Below, in pieces: positions 16,725 to 24,221 of a stretch of DNA of 32,000 nucleotides. How positions within the stretch are numbered: the stretch's first letter is position 1; the number at the start of each line of letters is the position of its first letter. The position numbers and the translations under genes are program-made. Under the pieces are notes generated by a model that ran no database searches, was not told the DNA's origin, and worked only from the letters and a program-made list of their open reading frames with translations. The DNA lies in the NCBI RefSeq assembly GCF_000010625.1, contig NC_010296.1, positions 3,810,001-3,842,000 of the forward strand. The letters run 5' to 3'. This DNA is from Microcystis aeruginosa NIES-843. Lineage in GTDB: Bacteria; Cyanobacteriota; Cyanobacteriia; Cyanobacteriales; Microcystaceae.

Positions 16725-18201
16725 GAGGAATAGTGATAAAAGTGGCCTGTAGGGCAATATTTAGGGGCGATTCGGGATTATTTACCCGTTTATAACCCTG
16801 AGTGATATTAAAAACCCGACCATCGGGGGTAACTTGAGAAACCACCGCGCAGATATCGAAACTAACCGCATCTGCTTGACAATAACAATCCAGACGGGGA
16901 CTACCCAAAATCGTTAAATCTTTCTCTAGGGGGGGAGAAGTGTAGGTAATCACATCACTGCGACAGTCTAGCATAGTGCGGTCGAATATTCCCCCCGGTA
17001 GGGCGCTATGACCTCCTAAAGATGGGACCGGTCGCCAAGGATCGTGAACGATGGTATCCTCGATCGCAGGTTCTAACAAAATCGCGCTTAATTTCCCCTC
17101 ATCCTCGCGCAGATTGGCTAAACCTTGACTAGCAAGATAATAAATTTGCTGATTTTCTCTGGGAAACTTTTCCAGATATCGCCATTGATTAGACCCCATT
17201 TGAAATAGATACATAGGAGGATTTTCAAATAACTCCACTTCCTGACCTTTTAAGAAATAATCAAACCATTGCAGCTGCATTTTATCCACGGGACTAATTG
17301 CCTGTTGACCATAATCTATCTCTCCTACTTTTCTCCCCCAGGGTAGATGAGTCCAAGCACCAATAATTAGCTGTTGGGGATAGATAGAACGCGCTTGCAT
17401 TTCTTGGTATAAACCCAAAGTTCCCCGGAGATGAGGATCGAACCAACCCCCGATATGTAACATCGGTAAATCGATATTTTTTAAAAGGTTTTGCGGGGAT
17501 AATTTTTGCCAATATTCATCGGGAAGATAACGAGTAATCCACTCGTGATAAAAAGAATCGGCGGCTAAATCTTGCAGAATTTGGGGAGAGGCAGCAATAG
17601 GATCAAAAAGGGGTAAATTTCGGGAAGCTACCCAGAGTTTTTGATAGGCAGTTTCGTCCCCTTTTAATCTAGCTGTTTCCGCCGCTAATTGTATTGCCCA
17701 AGCGAGATTATATTGTAAATTAAATGCTTCGTTTTCATAGCCCCAATCTCGATATAAATCGTGAGCGATCATTGCTGGGCAAATAGTTTTTAAAGCAGCA
17801 TGACCATTAGTAGCGGCGTATAATTGAGTCATTCCCTGATAGGAAAAACCATACATTCCCACCACACCCGTATTATTAGGAATAGTTAAAACCCATTCAA
17901 TGGTTTCTAATCCGTCCCTAATTTCATGGGCAAATAAATTAAAATTTCCCGTCGAGTTTCCCCGTCCCCGGACATCCTGAATTACCACAATATAACCCTG
18001 ACGTGCATACCAGCTAGGATGGGCATAAACCACCGTAGAAGCGATCGCTTTTCCGTAGGGTTGTCGCATTAGTAAAATGGGCAAAGATTCCCTACTATCG
18101 GGACGATAAATATCGGCAACTAAACTAATTCCATCTCTGGTGATTAAACTAGCCGTTTCTTTTTTTATGGGGTAGGGATTAAACATTATTATCTCTTTCA
18201 A
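16543..18201 (-). CDS. CocE/NonD-family hydrolase (X-Pro dipeptidyl-peptidase S15 type)
   Basis: LLMRQPYGK, VIQDVRGRGNSTG and GMYGFSYQG (nucleophile Ser) motifs plus a C-terminal beta-sandwich region. The start may be the Met at 18186 (MFNPYP). Confidence 0.88.
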   Translation of the reverse strand: MKEIIMFNPYPIKKETASLITRDGISLVADIYRPDSRESLPILLMRQPYGKAIASTVVYAHPSWYARQGYIVVIQDVRGRGNSTGNFNLFAHEIRDGLETIEWVLTIPNNTGVVGMYGFSYQGMTQLYAATNGHAALKTICPAMIAHDLYRDWGYENEAFNLQYNLAWAIQLAAETARLKGDETAYQKLWVASRNLPLFDPIAASPQILQDLAADSFYHEWITRYLPDEYWQKLSPQNLLKNIDLPMLHIGGWFDPHLRGTLGLYQEMQARSIYPQQLIIGAWTHLPWGRKVGEIDYGQQAISPVDKMQLQWFDYFLKGQEVELFENPPMYLFQMGSNQWRYLEKFPRENQQIYYLASQGLANLREDEGKLSAILLEPAIEDTIVHDPWRPVPSLGGHSALPGGIFDRTMLDCRSDVITYTSPPLEKDLTILGSPRLDCYCQADAVSFDICAVVSQVTPDGRVFNITQGYKRVNNPESPLNIALQATFITIPQGHSLRLSLSASCFPAHPVNAGTGSYPHASRAINFSVITIKVFCQGNFPAKLLLPLVGES

Positions 18202-18321
18202 ATAAAAAATACGGTCGGGTGGCTCAATCGAGAAAACTTGACAAAGACCAGATAAAGCTTAACTAAATGTTACAATAGAGGCGGACTGCCTCAACTGCCT
18301 AGGACTGGAGAAAAATCAGCG

Positions 18322-20016
18322 ATGCTACGACTAGAGAGAATTAGTAAGATTTACCCGACGGGAGAAGTGTTAAAAGATGTCACTTGGGAAGTAAAAACTG
18401 GCGATCGCATCGGGTTGGTGGGAGTCAATGGGGCCGGAAAATCCACCCAGCTGAAAATTATTATGGGGGAAGTGGAACCCACCGCCGGAGAGATCATCCG
18501 TCCTACCAGTCTCCATATCGGCTATCTTACCCAAGAATTTGAAGTGGATCCCCGTCGGACGGTACGGGAGGAATTTTGGACGGTGTTTCAAGAAGCGAAT
18601 CAAGTCCACCATCAACTAATAGAAATTCCCCAGCGCATGGAAAAAGCTGATCCCGAAGAATTAGATCGCTTAATTCATCAATTGGATCGCCTACAAAGAC
18701 AATTTGAAGCGTTAGATGGTTACGGATTAGAAGCGCGCATCGAGAAAATTTTACCAGAAATGGGCTTTACTATTGATGACGGCGATCGCTTAGTCAGTTC
18801 CTTTAGTGGGGGTTGGCAAATGCGGATGAGTTTAGGTAAAATTCTCCTGCAAACTCCCGATATTTTACTCCTCGATGAACCGACTAACCATTTAGACTTA
18901 GAAACCATTGAATGGTTAGAAAAATTCCTCAAGGATTTAACCACTCCCATGGTCATAGTTTCCCACGACCGGGAATTTCTCGATCGTCTCTGTACCAAAA
19001 TTGTCGAAACTGAAAGGGGAGTTTCTACCACTTATTTAGGTAATTATTCTGCCTACCTACAGCAAAAATACGAACAACAATCTGCTCAGTTAAGTGCCTA
19101 CGAACGTCAGCAAAAAGAACTAGAAAAACAGCAAGCTTTCGTGGATCGGTTCCGGGCAAGTGCCACCCGCAGTACCCAAGCAAAAAGCCGGGAAAAACAA
19201 TTAGAAAAGGTAGAAAAAATTGAAGCCCCAATTGCCGATGTGCGTACCTTAAAATTCCAGTTTCCTCCAGCAGTGCGTAGTGGTCGGGAAGTGGTAACTA
19301 TTAAAAATCTTGTTCACATTTACGATGATAAAATTCTCTTTTTGGGAGCAAATCTGGAAATAGAAAGGGGCGATCGAGTGGCTTTTTTAGGCCCAAATGG
19401 TGCAGGAAAATCCACGCTTTTACGTTTAATTGTTGGGTTAGAACCCCCCACAGAAGGCTCGATCGAAATCGGTAAACATAACGTTATTCCTAGTTATTTT
19501 GAGCAGAACCAAGCGGAAGCTTTAGACCTAACTAAAACTGTTTTAAATACTATTCATGATGAAGTTCCCGATTGGAAAGATGTGGAAGTTCGCAGTCTTT
19601 TAGGGCGATTTTTATTCAGTGGGGAAACGGTATTAAAAAAAGTAGAATCTTTGAGTGGTGGCGAAAAAGCGCGTCTTGCTTTAGCCAAAATGTTACTTGC
19701 TCCCGCTAACTTATTAATTCTCGATGAACCCACTAATCACCTCGATATTCCCGCCAAGGAAATGTTAGAATCGGCTTTAAAAGTTTATGAAGGCACGGTT
19801 TTAATTGTTTCCCATGATCGTTATTTTATCTCCCAAGTAGCTAACAAAATTGTCGAGATTCGGGAGGGCGAATTAATTGCCTACGCAGGAGATTATCACT
19901 ATTATCTAGAAAAACTAGACGAAGAAAAACAAAAAGCCGAACAAAAACGCATTGAAGCAGAAAAAGCGGCCAAAGCTGCTGCTAAACGGGCTAAACAAAA
20001 GACCAAAAAAGGTTAG
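18322..20016 (+). CDS. ABC-F family ATPase (two ABC domains, no TM domain)
   Basis: Walker A twice (GVNGAGKST, GPNGAGKST), signatures FSGGWQMR and LSGGEKAR, an inter-domain Q/E/R-rich linker and a Lys-rich C-terminal tail. Confidence 0.9.
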   Translation: MLRLERISKIYPTGEVLKDVTWEVKTGDRIGLVGVNGAGKSTQLKIIMGEVEPTAGEIIRPTSLHIGYLTQEFEVDPRRTVREEFWTVFQEANQVHHQLIEIPQRMEKADPEELDRLIHQLDRLQRQFEALDGYGLEARIEKILPEMGFTIDDGDRLVSSFSGGWQMRMSLGKILLQTPDILLLDEPTNHLDLETIEWLEKFLKDLTTPMVIVSHDREFLDRLCTKIVETERGVSTTYLGNYSAYLQQKYEQQSAQLSAYERQQKELEKQQAFVDRFRASATRSTQAKSREKQLEKVEKIEAPIADVRTLKFQFPPAVRSGREVVTIKNLVHIYDDKILFLGANLEIERGDRVAFLGPNGAGKSTLLRLIVGLEPPTEGSIEIGKHNVIPSYFEQNQAEALDLTKTVLNTIHDEVPDWKDVEVRSLLGRFLFSGETVLKKVESLSGGEKARLALAKMLLAPANLLILDEPTNHLDIPAKEMLESALKVYEGTVLIVSHDRYFISQVANKIVEIREGELIAYAGDYHYYLEKLDEEKQKAEQKRIEAEKAAKAAAKRAKQKTKKG

Positions 20017-20065
20017 AATATAAAGCATCACCCTATCCACGATTATCCATTCATTAATTAATCTT

Positions 20066-20521
20066 ATGGCAGCTATAAAAGTAGGCGATCGAGTTCCCAA
20101 TTTTTCTCTCCCTTCCCAAACAGGGGCAACGGTTAATGTCAGCGATTTAATCGGTAAAAAATCCCTGGTAATTTATTTCTATCCCAAAGATGACACTCCG
20201 GGTTGTACCGCAGAATCCTGCGCTTTCCGCGATAGTTACGAAGTGTTTACCGATGCGGGTGCGGAAGTTATTGGTATTAGTGCCGATAGTCCCCAATCTC
20301 ATCAACAATTTGCCCAAAAATATAATCTTCCCTTCACCCTTTTAAGTGATAGCGATAACCGAGTGCGGAAATTATTCGGTGTTCCCTCTACCTTATTCGT
20401 CCTCCCCGGACGAGTTACCTATATCATTGATCAAGAGGGAATCGTCAGACATATTTTCGATTCTATGTTAGATTTTAAAGCTCACGTTACCGAATCTTTG
20501 AACACGATTAAATCTTTTTAG
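20066..20521 (+). CDS. bcp: Peroxiredoxin, Bcp/PrxQ type
   Basis: 151 aa. FYPKDDTPGCTAESCAF contains the peroxidatic and resolving Cys in Bcp spacing. Confidence 0.88.
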   Translation: MAAIKVGDRVPNFSLPSQTGATVNVSDLIGKKSLVIYFYPKDDTPGCTAESCAFRDSYEVFTDAGAEVIGISADSPQSHQQFAQKYNLPFTLLSDSDNRVRKLFGVPSTLFVLPGRVTYIIDQEGIVRHIFDSMLDFKAHVTESLNTIKSF

Positions 20522-20594
20522 GTTGATGATTATGCAAGAAATTAAAACATCTATCCCATAATTGGGACAGTTCTGACTTAAAAATAAAATTAAT

Positions 20595-20620
20595 GGTGTG
20601 TTAATTTTGACTAACACACC
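20595..20620. repeat. Hairpin repeat GGTGTGTTA-attttgac-TAACACACC
   Basis: Exact 9-bp arms. A sibling of the 3283-3301 palindrome, differing at a compensated position (C/T with G/A). Confidence 0.55.
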
Positions 20621-20622
20621 CT

Positions 20623-20745
20623 CAATCTGCTTTAGTTATTGGCAAAAATGACGGCTGGAAACAGAAGGCTAACATAGGCAAAGCTAACAGCCAAAAGTTT
20701 GTCGTTATTCCTTATAAACGTCTAATTGAAATGTTAACTTATACT
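20623..20745 (+). pseudogene. Short remnant of a TnpB (IS605/IS607-family OrfB) gene
   Basis: Translates to ...QSALVIGKNDGWKQKANIGKANSQKFVVIPYKRLIEMLTY..., the G-x-N-x-GWKQ ... F-x-x-IP ... L-x-Y segment that precedes the RuvC-II E in one TnpB subfamily. The remainder of the gene is not present. Confidence 0.55.
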
Positions 20746-20901
20746 AAATCCGTTGTGGTTTCAAGTTACAACATCCTAAGAAAAGCATTGCCAAATCCGT
20801 TCAGCTATGGGATAGAGAGGTGCGTAGTTCAGCCAAGGAGAATTAATCTCTCGAAGTAAAAGTGAAGGGAATTTCTCAAATGGAATTCAGTCTGTTTATA
20901 T

Positions 20902-20929
20902 TTGACTATACTTTTACTAACTATATAGT
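20902..20929 (+). promoter_or_regulatory. Candidate sigma70-type promoter TTGACT-16 nt-TATAGT upstream of the ClC gene
   Basis: Hexamers read directly. Located about 80 nt upstream of the ATG at 21009. Confidence 0.35.
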
Positions 20930-21008
20930 AAAGACTTTCAGGGTGTTTTGCTTGACCACTCCAAGGGACTTGCTATAGGAACGATAAAAGTTTAACTTTC
21001 TTGGCACG

Positions 21009-22352
21009 ATGCTAAATAACAAACTACAACTTCTGTTAACCAGGGTAGGCCCATGGGCTGTTGGCGGCCTGCTCGGCGGTTTGATCGGCTCTCTGGCCGC
21101 GGTACTACTGACTGAGGCAATTAAGCAAACCCTCAGGATTGCCTCTGACCTAGACAAAGTCTGGCTACTGCTGCTGCCTCTGGTGGGCGTTACCTTAGCA
21201 GTGCTAGTCCTGTTTGGACTGGGTAGGGGGCAACCCGTGCAGACCTTAGCTCCCCGGGGGGCAACTTCCTCTGGTCGCTGGGGTTCTCTCATGGACTGGT
21301 ACTCTTTCCCCCATGACATTGCTCGCGCCGACCTGACCGGTGACGTGGTGAACGCATCCGGCGCGGAAGAGCGGTTCCCTTGGAATCTAGCCCCCTTGCG
21401 CGCCCTGGCCATCCTCTCCACCGTTGGACTGGGTGCGCCCATGGGAACAGAATCACCGGCAGCTCATATTGGCGTGGCGACGGGAACCTGGTTAGGTAGC
21501 ATAAATCCAGCCCTAGGTCAACTGGTGCGGCCCCTGGCCATCGGTGGCGGTGCGGCCAGTGTTTCTGCTCTGATGGGAATCCCTCTGGTGGGCAGCTTTT
21601 TTATGTTTGAGTTGAGTCAGCGACGCCAGGTTCCGATCACCCCGGAGCGGGCAGCGGCGATGTTAGCCGGGGGACTGGTGGGATGGGGAGTCAACGCTGC
21701 CTTTAAGCTGCAACTGATCCGGCTGGTCGTGCCGCAGGTTGCCCCGACTGACTTCTGGGATGCGGTGGGTGCCACTTTGTTGATCGGAGTGATCGCCGGC
21801 ACGATTACAGCCCTCACTGGTGAGGCGATCTACTGGGCCAGAGGCTTGCGGGACAGGCCCGCCACTCGTCTCCTGATCGGTGGCCTGGTGATGCTATTCT
21901 TGGCGATCGTGATCGGACAGGTGGCGACCCCCGCAGCGGCTTTTGGACCGGGGGGAGCCGCTATCGTCTGGGCCGAAAACATTAAAACAACTCCTTACCA
22001 TCTGTTAGCGGTAGCTCTGCTCCGGGCCGCGGCCACCACCGCTGCCGTTTTAGCCGGGGGCTGTGGCGGCGTGTTTGTCCCTTTTCTGGCGATCGGCGAC
22101 CTCAGTGGCCGGGTGTTCGCCACCACCTTTGAGATTTCGGGGGATCTGGCGGGTGCGGCGGGGGCAGCGGCCGGTATTGCTGGTGGCTATCGCCTACCTC
22201 TGACCGCCATGGCGATGGTACTGGGGGTGGGTGGCCCGGGGGCAGCCCAGCTAACCTGCCTTGCCACAGTGGTGGTCGCCGCCCTTTCGGGATTGGTGGC
22301 CGCACGGGCAGCCAATCAACTCTCCAGTTCCCTGCGCGCAATGTTCCGCTAG
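21009..22352 (+). CDS. ClC-family (voltage-gated chloride channel type) anion channel/antiporter
   Basis: 447 aa and polytopic, with GTESPAAHIG (GxEGP-like selectivity motif) and GGVFVPFLAIG (GxFxP motif). GC-rich codon usage unlike its neighbours. Confidence 0.8.
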   Translation: MLNNKLQLLLTRVGPWAVGGLLGGLIGSLAAVLLTEAIKQTLRIASDLDKVWLLLLPLVGVTLAVLVLFGLGRGQPVQTLAPRGATSSGRWGSLMDWYSFPHDIARADLTGDVVNASGAEERFPWNLAPLRALAILSTVGLGAPMGTESPAAHIGVATGTWLGSINPALGQLVRPLAIGGGAASVSALMGIPLVGSFFMFELSQRRQVPITPERAAAMLAGGLVGWGVNAAFKLQLIRLVVPQVAPTDFWDAVGATLLIGVIAGTITALTGEAIYWARGLRDRPATRLLIGGLVMLFLAIVIGQVATPAAAFGPGGAAIVWAENIKTTPYHLLAVALLRAAATTAAVLAGGCGGVFVPFLAIGDLSGRVFATTFEISGDLAGAAGAAAGIAGGYRLPLTAMAMVLGVGGPGAAQLTCLATVVVAALSGLVAARAANQLSSSLRAMFR

Positions 22353-22373
22353 AAGCCTCCGTCAGGGGATTGA

Positions 22374-22400
22374 CAATCTCCGCACTTTTAGGGCGGAGAT
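22374..22400 (+). terminator. Hairpin 22 nt after the ClC stop (possible terminator)
   Basis: AATCTCCGC-acttttagg-GCGGAGATT: perfect 9-bp stem with no clear U-tract. Confidence 0.35.
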
Positions 22401-22521
22401 TCTTGGGCAACATCTTGCCTCTACTAGCAACCAGCAATTCTCAGTTTTAGACATAGCAAGCCTTTTAGGGATTTAAAGAACATTTTAAAGGGGGATTTTT
22501 GGGGCAACTTTGGGTGTACTA

Positions 22522-22645
22522 AGCTGTTAAGCATTTAAATTGCTTGTTGAGACGAGGCAAGAGGCAAGAGGCAAGAGGCAACAGTAAAGGGATTGGGGGA
22601 GATTCGGCTAATCTTAAGAATAAGTGCTTTAAATGCGTCTTAGCT
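22522..22645. mobile_element. 124-bp MITE derived from the IS630-family element at 27496-28726
   Basis: The left end AGCTGTTAAGCATTTAAATT matches the IS left end AGCTTTTACGCATTTAAGTT at 17/20. The right end (rc AGCTAAGACGCATTTAAAGCAC) matches the IS right end (rc AGCTAAAACGCACTTAAACCAC) at 19/22. TA lies on both flanks (22520-21, 22646-47). Confidence 0.7.
22554..22581. repeat. Heptamer tandem repeat (GAGGCAA)x4 inside the MITE
   Basis: Read directly. Confidence 0.85.
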
Positions 22646-22786
22646 TATCACGTCAAAAGCCTGAAGACTCGTGACATGAAATTTGCAATCCCATTGAATT
22701 TGACCCCGTATTATGGGAACTAACCCCCAAAAGCCTTGCTACAGGGCAAATTTAGAATTGCTGTCTTCACCCCGACATTTGAGATC

Positions 22787-22960
22787 AAAACCCCTAAGAG
22801 GATTTGTTAGGGGTTTTTACCTATCAGAAAACTGGTCACAACTTGTCGTAAAGTGAAATAGGACTGACCAGTGCCACCGATTTTGATTAGCAAACTCCCT
22901 TGACATCCTCGCCGCCGTAAAACGGACGGCGATTCCCAAACCTCACGATTTGGGTTTCTG
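22787..22960 (-). ncRNA. Expected position of the TnpB guide RNA (omega/reRNA) scaffold; not verified
   Basis: In TnpB elements the guide RNA overlaps the 3' end of tnpB and runs to the right end. This stretch holds three hairpins (CCCAAA/TTTGGG at 22935-22955, the 22911-22931 hairpin and 22787-22817). Confidence 0.3.
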
Positions 22961-24131
22961 CTTCTTTCCCGAAGGATTTTTCGCACCTGCCTTAACAGAT
23001 TTACTCTGTTCTGGTCTTATGGTCGCTCTACAGACTGACACCGCAAGCCCTGCGGCCAAAATGTTTTTACTGGCGTTAATATCTCGGTCATGGTGTGTTC
23101 CACAGATTGGACAGTCCCATTCTCGAATATTTAACGGCATTTTCTCAGCAATATGCCCGCAATTACTACACCTTTTAGAGCTAGGAAACCATCTATCTAT
23201 TTCGATGTAATTTCTCCCATACCAACGGCATTTATAGGCTAATTGTCGAGTGATTTCTCCCCAGCTAACGTCAGATATTGCCTGAGATAATTTCGGGTTT
23301 TTTGACCATATTCTTGACGGCTAAATTCTCAACCACAATCGTTTGGTTTTCACGAACTAATTGAGTGGTTAGCTTATGTAAATGGTCTTTTCTGCTATCG
23401 GTGATTTGAGCGTGAATCTTGGCTACTTTGATTCTCGCTTTTTCCCGATTCTTTGAGTCTTTCTTCTTCTTAGAAAGATTTTTTTGGGCCTTTCGCAGTC
23501 TCCGATAATGCTTTTTAAAATACTTGGGATTAGACACTTTATCGCCATCGCTAGTAATCACGAGGCTACTAATTCCTAAGTCAATTCCGATGGCTTTATC
23601 TGTTACTGGTAGAGGCTTAATCGTTGGGTCATCAAATCTAATTGAAATATGCCAACGTCCAGAAGGATGTAATCTGACTGTTACTGTACTTGGGTCACAG
23701 CTTTCTGGTATTTGTCTTGACCATCGAATAGGTAAAGGTTCTGTGCATTTGGCTAAATAGATTTGTTTGTCTTTAAATTTAAAGGCTGATTTGGTAAATT
23801 CGGCACTTCCTCCCTGATGTTTTTTCTTAAAGTTAGGATACTTAGTACGACCAGCAAAGAAATTAGTGAAAGCTGTTTGTAAATGTCTTAACCCTTGTTG
23901 TAAGGGTACACAGCTTACTTCATTGAGAAAGTTTAATTCTTCTTGCTTTTTCCAATCAGTTAGCATTGAAGAAGTTTGAGCGTAGCCTACTCTTTCTTGC
24001 TTTTCGTACCAAGCTTGTGTTCGTTCGTGGAGAGCTTTGTTGTAAACTAATCTTACACAGCCCAATGTGCGCCGCAATAGCGACTCTTGTTCGGGTGTTG
24101 GGTAAAATCGAAACGAATAGGCTTTTTCCAT
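22943..24131 (-). pseudogene. tnpB: tnpB (RNA-guided endonuclease TnpB / OrfB) split by a +1 frameshift in an A6 run
   Basis: ORF 24131..23271 carries IGIDLGISSLV (RuvC-I D) and VVENLAVKNM (RuvC-II E). The frame through 23280..22943 carries SDVSWGE...CSNCG...CPICG...HDRDINASKNIL (zinc finger and RuvC-III). The two frames join if one A is removed at 23298-23303. Confidence 0.85.
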
Positions 24132-24221
24132 GTCTCACATTTTAGCATATATTTCGTAAATGTGCTAATATTTAACAGTAAAGCCGTCGTAGAACGACGG
24201 GGTTTCAGACCCAAATTTTCG

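Larger units (their letters stand above)
22787..24215 (-). mobile_element. IS200/IS605-family, TnpB-only (IS1341-like) element; boundaries approximate
   Basis: The tnpB ORFs are flanked by similar same-strand subterminal hairpins: GCCGCCGTAAAACGGACGGCG (22911-22931) and CCGTCGtagaaCGACGG (24184-24200). An 11-bp-stem hairpin lies at 22787-22817 near the presumed right end. Confidence 0.55.

Noticed and set aside
18370-20100. Several minus-strand ORFs inside the ABC-F gene (18370-18615, 18720-19031, 19025-19231, 19915-20100)
   Set aside because: All are antisense to a gene with two complete ABC cassettes, and none has a recognisable motif.
20880-21008. Fluoride (crcB-type) riboswitch upstream of the ClC gene
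   Set aside because: I could not find the conserved pseudoknot/GGCGATG...CCGCC...GATGA-like core by eye. The leader is AT-rich and unstructured-looking. Only a covariance-model scan could settle it.
20921-22476. Long ORFs antisense to or overlapping the ClC gene (20921-21442 -, 21617-21817 -, 22102-22437 -, 22261-22476 +)
   Set aside because: They are Pro/Arg/Ser/Gly-rich low-complexity translations, typical of stop-codon-poor alternative frames in GC-rich DNA. The + strand ClC frame has clear family motifs.
22950-23760. Plus-strand ORFs 22950-23210 and 23524-23760
   Set aside because: They are antisense to tnpB, whose minus-strand frames carry the RuvC and zinc-finger motifs.
24087-24221. 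45-codon N-terminal extension of hisZ given by the ORF track (MFGCWVKSKRIGFFHVSHF...)
   Set aside because: This stretch overlaps the tnpB start and the IS left-end hairpin and has no HisZ-like sequence. The family N-terminus (MIHQPPAGTRDLLP) starts at the in-frame ATG 24222.
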